Below, in pieces: positions 29,340 to 38,873 of a stretch of DNA of 64,000 nucleotides (position 1 is its first letter; the number at the start of each line of letters is the position of its first letter). The notes beneath the pieces are model-generated. The model saw only the letters and a program-made list of their open reading frames with translations. It searched no databases and was not told the origin of the DNA. The translations under genes and the position numbers were made by a program. Location of the stretch: the sequence record NZ_CP033968.1. One strand, written 5' to 3'. The DNA comes from a plasmid.

Positions 29340-30485
29340 TTAGCGCTGCTTGATGGCGGCAAGCCGATTCTTAAACGTCCGGACAACCTGCTCATATCGG
29401 TTCAGTGCAGTATTGTCCGGCTTGGTTTCATCCGTACGCCACCGGAAGATGGTCATCTTCGTGACGCCCAGGATGGTAGCAAGATCGGTGTCCGACTCGA
29501 CTTGCAGGTCGTTCGCCCAGCGCCCAAGGATATCGCTCATCGGCCGATTGAACATCTCGCGACGTGCCATGGCCTCAGGCTCTTCGTCGCGCAGCTTTCG
29601 GGCGGCGGTCATAATGTCTGCCGGCACCGAGGCCGTGCGGCCGTAGATATACGAGGAGAGCCGCGGCAGGCCGATGCCGAGTGCTGCGGCAAAGTCCTGG
29701 TTGCGCATTTGCAGATCTGCGCAGATTTGTACCAACTCGAGCTGGTCGGCCGAAAGAGTCTCGTTGCGGTTTGCACGGCGAACCCGCGGCTTAGGCGCGG
29801 CAGGGGCTGGGAGGGCCTCCAGATTCTTGTCCGCTGCGGCGGATTCGGGCGCCGGCGCGACGGGCGCAATCAGAGGATCAAGGTCGAAAACGCCGAGATT
29901 GCTCAATTTCTCTTCTCCATTCAAATGCCTTCGGAAGGCCAGGGCCATTTTCGCAGCAGCAGTCCTGGAATCGATGACCTGGTCCCTATCAATTGGTTCG
30001 CTGTCTACCAAGCCAACATTTTCCAGCTCTTCACCACGCTCTCGCATCTCTTCGATCGAATCGTGGTTGATGGTAAGTGCGAGAGCGTCACGAATGTGCT
30101 CCCGGCAAACATTGCTCGCAATTGCGTAGATTACCGCATAGATCGCGTTTGCCTCGCGCAGCTTATCCAGTTGCTTGGTGGCGAAGAAGACTACCACTAC
30201 TCGCTGCAGGATCTCGTCGACATCGCCAAGATCGACCTTAGACTTCAGAGCTCGTACGCGGCAAATCTTGTGCGTACGCTCATCTGCATACATCGCTTTG
30301 ATGAACCGATCGATGAAGGTCTTCGGGCGCTTGGGATTGTCCAGGAACTCGGCGCTCATGCGCTCAAGTTCCGACGGCTTGCCCGTTGCGGTAGGGGTGT
30401 CAAAGCCGTCAACCTCAGTGGTGTCCACAGGATCGACGCCTTCGTCTTCGGCAGGAATGAATTCGGCTACTTCTTCAGTCACCAT
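29340..30485 (-). CDS. Sigma-70-family-like protein (acidic N-terminus, region-2-like and region-4-like segments) with an extra C-terminal HTH
   Basis: LSADQLELVQICADLQMRNQDFAAALGIGLPRLSSYIYGR resembles sigma-70 region 4; DLATILGVTKMTIFRW is a second HTH; plus-strand ORF 29250..30488 is a shadow. Confidence 0.55.
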   Translation of the reverse strand: MVTEEVAEFIPAEDEGVDPVDTTEVDGFDTPTATGKPSELERMSAEFLDNPKRPKTFIDRFIKAMYADERTHKICRVRALKSKVDLGDVDEILQRVVVVFFATKQLDKLREANAIYAVIYAIASNVCREHIRDALALTINHDSIEEMRERGEELENVGLVDSEPIDRDQVIDSRTAAAKMALAFRRHLNGEEKLSNLGVFDLDPLIAPVAPAPESAAADKNLEALPAPAAPKPRVRRANRNETLSADQLELVQICADLQMRNQDFAAALGIGLPRLSSYIYGRTASVPADIMTAARKLRDEEPEAMARREMFNRPMSDILGRWANDLQVESDTDLATILGVTKMTIFRWRTDETKPDNTALNRYEQVVRTFKNRLAAIKQR

Positions 30486-30511
30486 TGAATGGAGTTAGAT
30501 GGACTGTGTTC

Positions 30512-30796
30512 CTAGGTAGCAACCCGGTCAACCACTCGGTCCAGGCGCGGTAGAACTGCGCGTTGCACTTGCTCCACTGAATCCACCAGGTCGAGCATGA
30601 TATGCACGCCGGCTACCAGGATGTCTGACTTCATCTCTGGGTAGAGCAACATTGCGCGTTCCATACGCTTGTTCACAAGAGCGACCGCCTGATCGGCCGA
30701 TTTACCTTCGAGCCGGAGTGCAAGGACCGGGTTTTGGTTCTCTCGCACGCCGAGCGCGTCAAGGCCGATTTCGATAGGGCTGTACTCACGTTGCAT
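30512..30796 (-). CDS. hypothetical protein
   Basis: 94 aa ORF. Confidence 0.4.
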   Translation of the reverse strand: MQREYSPIEIGLDALGVRENQNPVLALRLEGKSADQAVALVNKRMERAMLLYPEMKSDILVAGVHIMLDLVDSVEQVQRAVLPRLDRVVDRVAT

Positions 30797-30980
30797 GACT
30801 GTTCCATCCTTGGCCGCCTTCTGCCGAGCGACGCTTTAACAATTATACCTACGGGGCAACACGTGTCAATAAACCAACCAGGCAGATGGTTGGGATACAT
30901 AACACGTACGAATGACCGGAGGGTAATCCCTCAGGCCGGCTTTGGCGCGACTACAGCAGATGCGATCGCGCGGGAACGGA

Positions 30981-31265
30981 TCAGGCTGTGACCTGGACAG
31001 CCATCTCCATGCGGGGGACGAACTTCCGGATCTCGAGGATGTTCTTGGAGGATTTGCTTACAACGGTGAGGCCTGCCAACAAGATTTCCGCACGCGCCTC
31101 GGGGTAGTCCTGGAGCGCATTGCTCATACACGTCATTGCTCGCATCCCCGAGCAGCTGGCGTTCACAAACTTGGAGCACTTCGGTTGACCCTCGGAGTCG
31201 ATGCATCCCATGGATGCCATCCCGATTGTTGTGGCGAGCGACGTTTCCCCGGCGGTTTTGTTCAT
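30981..31265 (-). CDS. hypothetical Cys-rich protein
   Basis: 94 aa, 8 Cys (GCIDSEGQPKCSKFVNASCSGMRAMTCMS). Confidence 0.4.
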   Translation of the reverse strand: MNKTAGETSLATTIGMASMGCIDSEGQPKCSKFVNASCSGMRAMTCMSNALQDYPEARAEILLAGLTVVSKSSKNILEIRKFVPRMEMAVQVTA

Positions 31266-31541
31266 CGTGACCTTCCTTGCAGCTATTCGTTTTTGGTTTG
31301 TGCTTGGCCCTTGTTATGTTGGTAACAAGGTGAGATGCATTATAGATACGTGACAAATGTCAGGTCAATTGAAATCGTCCGTAAGTTGTTGTTTTTAAAG
31401 GGGTTTGTTTGCAAAAACGCGTAATGCAAGTTTGGTCACCGAAAACACGTCTGCGTTTTTTCGCTTCTGTAAGTGGCTTAAACGACGCGCGTCGAGCGTT
31501 TTGGTCCAGATTCGGTTTCTCGGCCAGAAAACGGGGCAAAG

Positions 31542-31578
31542 CAAAAGAAAAACGCCACCCTACAAAGGAGGGTGGCGG
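31542..31578 (-). terminator. Rho-independent terminator (minus strand) after gene 31584..32234
   Basis: On minus strand: CGCCACCCTCCTTTGTAGGGTGGCG followed by TTTTTCTTTTGC. Confidence 0.5.
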
Positions 31579-31583
31579 GCCAG

Positions 31584-32234
31584 TTAAAGGAAAGGATCTT
31601 CGCTGGAGATGTTCGCGTTCAGTGCCCTCTCTTCCTCAGGGAACAGAGGTAACGAGAACTCATCTGGATGCCGAGCTTGGCGATGGAGCTTGGCCTGCCA
31701 GTAATCCTTAGCGGCGTCGGTCGTTTCTTCAGCGTGGTCGGTCATCGCTGCCGCTGCCCCAGGCAAGCCTGTCGGTACAGTCGGTACAGAGTGCTTCGAG
31801 ACCGAGGCGCGCTTCCCATTCATTGGCTTGTCAGCCATTTCTGGTGTGGGCAGAGTTGCCGGCCGTTGAGCAGCAGGCACCCGTTTCGGAGTTCGCGCCT
31901 CCGGCGGAGATGGTTGCCGCTGGTGCTCCATGGGCGCCCGTCGAAGCAGCTCCAGAGAGCTTGGTCCTCGCCGGCGCACGGGGCGCTCGACTTCGATGCA
32001 AGGCAATTGCGTCTCGTCGCATCGCAGCTCGATCGGTTCGACGTAGTGCGGTGTAAACTGAAATTTTCCGCAGTAATACCACATGAAGAATGGCCAACTC
32101 ATTAGCGCATACAGGAGGGGAGGGGCCCACCAGTACCCGTGGCCAGGATTGGCTTTAACCGTGATCACAACACAGATTGCCACGGCGTAGAACATTGCGT
32201 AGCACATCCATCGTTTTGCTTTCATCTGCTGCAC
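31584..32234 (-). CDS. hypothetical membrane protein (2 TM) with disordered basic/Pro-rich C-terminal tail
   Basis: 216 aa; hydrophobic AMFYAVAICVVITV and LLYALMSWPFFMWYY. Confidence 0.5.
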   Translation of the reverse strand: MQQMKAKRWMCYAMFYAVAICVVITVKANPGHGYWWAPPLLYALMSWPFFMWYYCGKFQFTPHYVEPIELRCDETQLPCIEVERPVRRRGPSSLELLRRAPMEHQRQPSPPEARTPKRVPAAQRPATLPTPEMADKPMNGKRASVSKHSVPTVPTGLPGAAAAMTDHAEETTDAAKDYWQAKLHRQARHPDEFSLPLFPEEERALNANISSEDPFL

Positions 32235-32396
32235 CCTTGCGCGGTAGTCTGGACGCGAGAGAGATGACGAACATCCGCGAAGAATGGGTACTTGTCTCGG
32301 GTGGAGAACGAGAAGGTGGCTTCCATGTCAGCCGTTGGGGGCGCAGCAATGAGAAAACCCGGCCACGAAATGTGGCCGGGTCGGAGGGGTTACCAA

Positions 32397-33140
32397 TCAG
32401 ACGAGCGATTTGAGTCGGTTCCACTCGGCGTCAACGTCCCAGGCTGAGACTGCGGAGAATCTCGCGACAAGTTCGTGGATGGTGATGTCGTGGGTGGGCT
32501 CATCAAGCGTGAGTATCGCGCTCAACTGGGGAGCGCCGCTTTCAAACGCCTCAAGGCAAGTGAAGACATGATCAATCTCGCTCGGCCACCCGCTTGTGCC
32601 CTGCAGCTGAAGACTCGGCGTCGGCAGTCCAACCTGTTGCGCAATTAGCAGCCCGCCTTGTTGCAGCTTTCCGGCGATCAAAGCAAGCTGGTCATTGGAG
32701 ATCGCTCCTGCGACGACGACACACTCACTTACCTGGCAGCTAGCAGCGTCGCAATACACCAGCTCAAGTTTTGTGTTCTCACCTTGGTACCGTATGCCAT
32801 GGTGGTGGGGATCGTCGAACACCGTGGTGACCAGTTCGCGATACGCTTCCGGAAGGAGGCGCGTGTCGAGGCCGGCGGCCGTATCAAAGTCGATCACCTC
32901 GATGGTGACCTGTCCATCGTGAGCGGTGTTGAGGATACCGTCCTTGGTGGTGACAAGAACGATAGCCGGACTGACTGCCCCGGTGCCAGCCTCGAGCTCA
33001 ATCAAAGTGATTGCGGCTTCGAGGCCAATGATGTCGTTTTCCTTTGGATCATACAGGTTCGCTTCGATGCCGCTCCTGATATCTTCCAATTGCGCCTTGG
33101 CGGCTTCGATGACTCTCACGAGTGCTGCTTGCTGATTCAT
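32397..33140 (-). CDS. hypothetical acidic protein
   Basis: 247 aa ORF downstream of the YqaJ gene, same strand. Confidence 0.5.
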   Translation of the reverse strand: MNQQAALVRVIEAAKAQLEDIRSGIEANLYDPKENDIIGLEAAITLIELEAGTGAVSPAIVLVTTKDGILNTAHDGQVTIEVIDFDTAAGLDTRLLPEAYRELVTTVFDDPHHHGIRYQGENTKLELVYCDAASCQVSECVVVAGAISNDQLALIAGKLQQGGLLIAQQVGLPTPSLQLQGTSGWPSEIDHVFTCLEAFESGAPQLSAILTLDEPTHDITIHELVARFSAVSAWDVDAEWNRLKSLV

Positions 33141-33269
33141 GCTGGGTCTCCGTGAAAGGGGAGGTTGAAGGCCGAGATGGAAAGCCTTGTGAGGAGAAAT
33201 GGCGCACAGCTCTGCGTAGATCTGGCCGCGAAGAAGAAAAAAAGCCTCCCGGGTGTGGGAGGCTTGGGG

Positions 33270-34265
33270 TTAGATGACAAGCTCGACGGTGTCTCGATAC
33301 TTGCCAAGATTCGGTGGAGCGTCGGGCACTGCGATCGCCTTCGGACGATGAATCTGCAAGGGCGTCGTATCCACGTCAGTGAGATTGAAGTCCTTTGCAA
33401 CGGTGATTCGGAAGGACTCTTTGCCTTTGCCGCGGTACGAATCCACATCCGTGTCGGTCACTACCACGCCTTTGTCAGCAAGCAGCTTTGTGTAGTCCAC
33501 TTCGCCTTTCTTGTTGGTTCTGGATAGAAGCACGCCACAGCCTTCTCGCAGCTTTTCACCAGGTGCCAACAATGCAATGAGTGCTTCACGGGCCAACTGC
33601 TCTCGTTCCTCCAACTCGTCTCTCTCGCGCTTGATAAGGAGGTAGTGAGTCGCTGCTGCTGCCCACTCATCGGACTCCCATATCCCAGACTGTACTCGCT
33701 CCCAGAAGATGACCTCTGCGGCGACAATCTGGTCAATGCGGGCCTGATCGCGAGGCACTCGCAACAAGACGCCGTCCTGGCCGTCAAACGAGTAGTAGTT
33801 CCCGTAGTCAGCCTCAGCAACGAAAATCTGTTGCTGGACCTGGTCGACGTACTCCTCAGGCACCAGGCCGCTGAGGGCCAGTTTGTGGGCACGTTCACCA
33901 GGACACTTGACCTCGAGCGGCTCGCCCGAGAACAAGTCGAAACCGTCGAACGACGCCCGAATGAACGGGTGGACGGCACTCTCGGCGACGAGGGGGGTGA
34001 CTGTGGTGTTCGTCAGCTTCTCGTACTGCGCCCGCGCAAGAGGTTCTAGGAGTTTTCCCCGCTCGCGGATCTTCTGAAGGATGGGATTGCGTTTCGGGTC
34101 GGTACCCTTACCCGTCTTATGCTTGAAAAGCTCATAAGCGCGAGTGTAGTGCGACTTTCCCATGATGATTGGGGCATCTGATGCTCCGATGCCCTTGAAG
34201 CGCCAAGCAAGCCATTCAGGTGAGCCCTGAATAGTTGCTGGCCCTGACAGGACTTGCATTGCCAT
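33270..34265 (-). CDS. YqaJ-type viral recombination exonuclease (lambda-Exo-like PD-(D/E)XK)
   Basis: GSPEWLAWRFKGIGASDAPIIMGKS matches the YqaJ domain N-terminal signature; SD AAGGAGATCTCC ATG at 34265. Confidence 0.75.
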   Translation of the reverse strand: MAMQVLSGPATIQGSPEWLAWRFKGIGASDAPIIMGKSHYTRAYELFKHKTGKGTDPKRNPILQKIRERGKLLEPLARAQYEKLTNTTVTPLVAESAVHPFIRASFDGFDLFSGEPLEVKCPGERAHKLALSGLVPEEYVDQVQQQIFVAEADYGNYYSFDGQDGVLLRVPRDQARIDQIVAAEVIFWERVQSGIWESDEWAAAATHYLLIKRERDELEEREQLAREALIALLAPGEKLREGCGVLLSRTNKKGEVDYTKLLADKGVVVTDTDVDSYRGKGKESFRITVAKDFNLTDVDTTPLQIHRPKAIAVPDAPPNLGKYRDTVELVI

Positions 34266-34573
34266 GGAGATCTCCTTGGGGTTGCCATGCCATAGCACGG
34301 CGTCTTCGCTTGACCCAAGGAGATGTCGAACGTGTGCAGCTAAGCCGCGCTGGTGGCCAACGGAGGGCCGCGCTAGAACGGCCTAGACAATTCCGGTGAT
34401 GATGTGAGAGGCATCGACACGGCGTAACGACCGGGGCTCCTGGGCGACGAAACCCGCGCCAACGTGATCCAGGGAAAACCGTTCCCGAAGCCGGGCCGAC
34501 AGAACGAGACGTAGGGGAAGTTACTGTCCAGCAGACAGCGGAAGTATCTAGCTGGCAGAAAACGTATTTCAGA

Positions 34574-34608
34574 TTGAAAAAGCCCTCCGCTACGAATAGC
34601 GAAGGGCG
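34574..34608 (-). terminator. Rho-independent terminator (minus strand) after the lipoprotein gene
   Basis: On minus strand: GCCCTTCGCTATTCGTAGCGGAGGGC followed by TTTTTC. Confidence 0.45.
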
Positions 34609-34639
34609 TGTCTTACTTGCGCGGGCTTGCGAACGGTGC

Positions 34640-35074
34640 TTACTCCTTTAGGAAGAGCCCAGGCAGGATGCCAACTCCGGCACCCGAACGTAGCCTCTCG
34701 CAGTCTTGGCACCAGAAGGACTTCTTGTTACCCATCAACGTTGTGGTCAGCGGGTTCAGCCCAAGCACGAATGCGTCCTTACGGCTTGGCACCAAGATCA
34801 TGAACTCGTGCCCCTGGCTATCCCAACTCTTCCAGGTGACGTCGAACGTTCCGACGGACCCTGCCCATTGGCTGCTTGGGTCCTTCGTGACCTCGAGAGT
34901 TCCGGTTCCTTCCTTGGCATCACCACCGAAATTGTTGAGGGAGAGTTTCGCCGTGACACCGACAGAACTTCCCCCAAACATATTCGTCGCGGTGTACACC
35001 GCAGGCTTGTCCGAGCACGCAGAGACCCCAATGGCTCCAATGGCCACCAGCAGGGCGAGGAAGAGCTTTCTCAT
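34640..35074 (-). CDS. Lipoprotein (signal peptide with lipobox VSAC)
   Basis: MRKLFLALLVAIGAIGVSAC...; SD GGAGAAAAAATAC ATG. Confidence 0.55.
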   Translation of the reverse strand: MRKLFLALLVAIGAIGVSACSDKPAVYTATNMFGGSSVGVTAKLSLNNFGGDAKEGTGTLEVTKDPSSQWAGSVGTFDVTWKSWDSQGHEFMILVPSRKDAFVLGLNPLTTTLMGNKKSFWCQDCERLRSGAGVGILPGLFLKE

Positions 35075-35247
35075 GTATTTTTTCTCCGATAGGTTGGTTG
35101 GACGCAAGTTCATCGTCATGTCCTTGCGCGGAAGGAATGACTCACAGGAAGCCATAACTGGCGTCACGTATATGCGGTTGTCGGGCATCTCAGAGGGTCC
35201 TGCTATGCCGAATCGTCGGCACAACCTTCATTAACGGAGAGATACCC

Positions 35248-35919
35248 ATGACGCTTTACTCGAAACCATGTTCGATTCACAACCAGCTCCGGACTGGGGC
35301 TCATATGCTGAGTGGTGACGTACGCGCCTTCGTGGAGAGTCAGGCGTTCACTGATGGCTTAGTCACCGCTGAGAAGTACGATGTTGAGAAGGCCAGAATG
35401 ACCATCGCCATGCTGAAATGCGTCGCCCTGGACCCCCTGCGCGGAGCAGATCTCCATGCGTTCATCACGCAGGGGGAGGGAAAGCTTCGCTGCAACCTCG
35501 CGTTTGACCGCCTGGCAAACTTTGTGGGTTTGTTCGAGATCGATTTGGCGGCTCCGCTCGCCAAAGCACTGGTCGATGCCGTCGAACAGAACCTGCGCGG
35601 CCGAATGTTCAAAGCGGCGCAAACTAGTCGGCGTATTGAGCGTAGGTCAGTAGGCATGCTGGCAAAGGCGGCCAGGAGGGGGAATGCCGCTTATCGGGCC
35701 TCGCTTGACGCCGCCATGCCAAAAGGAGTGCTTCGCTGGAGCCCTACGCCAGAGGACTACTTCCGCGCCAACGCAGAGTTTGATCGAGCGTACGGTAATG
35801 CCAGGGAGAACATCGAGCGCCGACTTAGCGCTCTGGGCCGAGTGGCTTCGCCGGGGTTCACCGGCGGCTACACGGAAGCCGTCGCTGGATTCCTGCACAG
35901 TTACCTTTCGAGCAACTAG
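35248..35919 (+). CDS. hypothetical protein
   Basis: SD ACGGAGAGATACCC ATG; 223 aa. Confidence 0.5.
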   Translation: MTLYSKPCSIHNQLRTGAHMLSGDVRAFVESQAFTDGLVTAEKYDVEKARMTIAMLKCVALDPLRGADLHAFITQGEGKLRCNLAFDRLANFVGLFEIDLAAPLAKALVDAVEQNLRGRMFKAAQTSRRIERRSVGMLAKAARRGNAAYRASLDAAMPKGVLRWSPTPEDYFRANAEFDRAYGNARENIERRLSALGRVASPGFTGGYTEAVAGFLHSYLSSN

Positions 35920-35933
35920 GCGTTTGCAGTCCA

Positions 35934-35981
35934 TAAACAAAAAGGGCCCGCTTGTGTTACAAGCGGGCCTTCTTCTTTGTC
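35934..35981. terminator. Bidirectional Rho-independent terminator between convergent genes
   Basis: AAACAAAAAGG GCCCGCTTGTGTTACAAGCGGGC CTTCTTCTTTGT. Confidence 0.55.
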
Positions 35982-35993
35982 GGTTATCCTGGC

Positions 35994-36668
35994 CTACTGG
36001 GCAATCTTGAGATTGATAGCGCGGCTGAGTCCTTCGCTGGCGTTCACCAGCCGCAGATCGTCGAGCGTCAGTTCAGGATTGTAGGAAGCCGCCACGGAAG
36101 TCGCGCAGCTGCGGCCCACCCGGCAAACCTCATACTCCACGACGAGCACGGGCTTCTTTACGGCCGCCGCGGAGCCTGCTGCCGCAGGATCGGTAGTCGC
36201 TGGATTCTGGCTAGTGAGGTCCTTATTCACGTGGTCCAGATTCACCAGCACATCGTTGGCCATATAGCTTGGGTCGGAACAAGTGCCAAAAGCCAGGCAA
36301 AGTCCAATTGAGGCTGCGATTCCAACCCCTGTGCTCAGGCTGACTTTACCGTCTTTGCCTTGTGGTGTGTACTTGTCTGCCTCGCCGGCGTAAAGCTCGC
36401 GCACGGAGTAGCGGATGCCTGGGTCGTCGTTGGAGACGTTGTACCCAGCCGCGGCAATCTTCTGGCTTAGCTTTTCAGCTACTGCCTCTTGTCCCTCTGG
36501 AGCAGTGACCCCAACCTTGCCCGAAAAGGAGCCGAGATTGGTATTCACATGCGCAGCGATAACTCGATAGTCGTCAGTCGCAACAATTGACGGCTTTGCT
36601 GCGAATGCAGGGGAACTGCAGGCCGTGATCAGGACCGCGATGGCGGCGAAAACTCCTCGAAAGTTCAT
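35994..36668 (-). CDS. Lipoprotein (signal peptide, lipobox ITAC)
   Basis: MNFRGVFAAIAVLITACSSP...; 224 aa. Confidence 0.55.
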   Translation of the reverse strand: MNFRGVFAAIAVLITACSSPAFAAKPSIVATDDYRVIAAHVNTNLGSFSGKVGVTAPEGQEAVAEKLSQKIAAAGYNVSNDDPGIRYSVRELYAGEADKYTPQGKDGKVSLSTGVGIAASIGLCLAFGTCSDPSYMANDVLVNLDHVNKDLTSQNPATTDPAAAGSAAAVKKPVLVVEYEVCRVGRSCATSVAASYNPELTLDDLRLVNASEGLSRAINLKIAQ

Positions 36669-37617
36669 GTGACCCTCCTAGTAACACGTATGTATATTAT
36701 TGCTGGGGTTGATTGTATATGGATTGTCAAGTTTTGGGGAAGTTACCCCGGGGATGTGTGATACGACTGCGCTGTGTGAGAGCTCATAAAAAAACTGGGC
36801 TCGCGTATCACGTGAGCCCAGTCTTGAGAACATCGAACGCCGTAGCATTCGACCAAAGGGTGCCGAGGCACCGTTTCAAGACTGGGCCCATAGCTTTACC
36901 TGATTGGATTCGTCGACAGCAGTACGACGTTTCTAGGCTAGGTGTGCCTTTGCGACTCCCCACCAGTATGCACATGGCCGCTGTGTGATGGACTTTGCGT
37001 CCGGGGATAGTCATTGGCGCTTGCTCCCGTAGGGGGGAGCACTTGAGGGTTTGTATCTCTACGACCCATTCCTCCGTTGGTTCCGTGCGGAATCACGTGT
37101 TGTCCAACGCTCGGGAGACACCCGGCGTGCGACAGTTGTCGGTTCTCAGCGAATCCAGTGACCGAAGTCACGTTCATCTAAGACATCGGCGTGCATAGCC
37201 GTCGTCGAGCACACAAAACAATCACGTGGGAGGCGTTGGGGAAAGATACGCTCAAGCGGTGATGGGGCATTGCGCTGGCCCGTCACCCTAGATGACTACA
37301 AGGGAGGCGTCGCTACCTCGGATCAGCCTGGTGTCTCCAGTTCCTGCATCCGTTGAACCTTGCCCTTGGTGATGTGCAACATCCGCGCATACAGGGACTG
37401 GGCGGGTATGCCGTGTGACCTCTCCTTCTCCTTCCTTTCCTTCCTGTGCTGCAGCCTGCCTGTTCCTATCTTGCTGGGAGGGTGAGACCAGACCCGATGG
37501 GGAAGGGTGTCCGCGCCCGACCACCCACCGAAGCCGACCGGGGACAGTTGCTAATTCATGTGACTCATCTCTCCAGAGTCAAACAACAGCGGCGCTGCCG
37601 CCCCCTAGGAGCTTTGG

Positions 37618-37887
37618 ATGGACACTAACGAAACTCACTCTGGCGAAACGCGAATCGAGCGCATCACTGGCGGCCACAATCGCGTTCTCGTGCTGCATAC
37701 CAAGGACTCGGAAACCACCATTGTCATTCCGCCTGGTGTCAACGAGCACGATTGGATGGGACTGGAAGCCGAGCGGAACAGGCGAGAGGCGGCAAGTCTC
37801 TTCGATCGAGCACAGCAGCTGGCGGCTCGTGCTAAGCGGCTGGATTTGGCCGCCGGCTTGTGCAAGCCGTCAAATCCGTCGAACTGA
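37618..37887 (+). CDS. small hypothetical protein
   Basis: 89 aa; followed by hairpin CCCACCG...CGGTGGG + T-run at ~37928-37975. Confidence 0.35.
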   Translation: MDTNETHSGETRIERITGGHNRVLVLHTKDSETTIVIPPGVNEHDWMGLEAERNRREAASLFDRAQQLAARAKRLDLAAGLCKPSNPSN

Positions 37888-38096
37888 ATGGGGATCGCCT
37901 CGGCGATCGCTCCTCCTGTAACCGTGGTGCCCACCGAGTACCCTCTCACGAGGTACCGGTGGGTTTTTCTTTTCAGGGGACTCAAATGGCTACCAACTGC
38001 ATGAACTCGCCTCCCGCTCCGGCGCCGCGGCATCACCGCCACATGGCGTGTCCAAGCACCAATGAGAAAGGCCCCTCAAAGAGGGGCCGGTGGGAG

Positions 38097-38324
38097 TTAG
38101 AAGCCTTGCTGGGCCATGAGAGACCTAACAAGGGCGGGGGCCACACTGACGATGATGCCAATCAGTGCCAGTTTGAAGCCCAGAGACTGAGCGTCCAGAC
38201 TGGCCACGAATGCGCGAAGGTGGAAGGCGACAAAGACGACCTTGTACATGAAGTCAAGAATCTCTTTGGCTACCCACCCTGCGATGTTCGCGCCGGCGAT
38301 GATGATTTGGACGAATTTGTCCAT
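38097..38324 (-). CDS. small hydrophobic (holin-like?) membrane protein
   Basis: 75 aa from internal ATG; two hydrophobic segments. Confidence 0.3.
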   Translation of the reverse strand: MDKFVQIIIAGANIAGWVAKEILDFMYKVVFVAFHLRAFVASLDAQSLGFKLALIGIIVSVAPALVRSLMAQQGF

Positions 38325-38514
38325 TGGTGCTGCTCCACGCGAGAGGTTGGCCGGCTTGCGCCGGGTGCCCGGGAAATGGGCCACCCACCGGATCGGGGGT
38401 GAGAGCGGCCAGCTCGCTGGTCTGGCGTTCGATCAAACTACTGAACTGCTCTCTCGCGTATAGCTAGGACGATTTGGACGCCTGCATCCGAACCACATTC
38501 CTTCAATCGGCTTG

Positions 38515-38850
38515 TCAAACCTGGCCTGTAGCCGCCGTTCTCAGGTAGCCGGCGTGATACGGGGCGCAGCCCATAATCCAGCGGCCTTCTAGTTCGAGGT
38601 CGTAGTCCGAGAACGACGTTCCCGACGCATTGCATCTGGCCTCGTTCTCGATGACGGCATCGAGGCGGACAATCTCTGTCTCATTAAGCGGTCGAATGCC
38701 TGTCTGGCGGGAGCTGCTAGCCCAAGCCTTGTACTCGGGAGTACCGTGCTCGTCGAGCCAATCTCGATGCTTGAACATCTCCCTGTCCGTGGTGAAGCCG
38801 AGGGCGACCGCTTCGTCGCTGACGCCTGAAATTGCTGCTTTTCCTGTCAT
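38515..38850 (-). CDS. hypothetical protein
   Basis: SD GAAGGAGTACGAA ATG; 111 aa. Confidence 0.45.
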   Translation of the reverse strand: MTGKAAISGVSDEAVALGFTTDREMFKHRDWLDEHGTPEYKAWASSSRQTGIRPLNETEIVRLDAVIENEARCNASGTSFSDYDLELEGRWIMGCAPYHAGYLRTAATGQV

Positions 38851-38873
38851 TTCGTACTCCTTCGAGTTGAACC

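Noticed and set aside
29250-30488. 412-aa plus-strand ORF
   Set aside because: Shadow ORF of the minus-strand sigma-like gene 29340..30485; translation is low-complexity while the minus frame has coherent domain motifs and its own terminator.
36713-37177. ORFs 36713..36988 (+) and 36938..37177 (-)
   Set aside because: No RBS, odd composition, mutually overlapping; region treated as non-coding.
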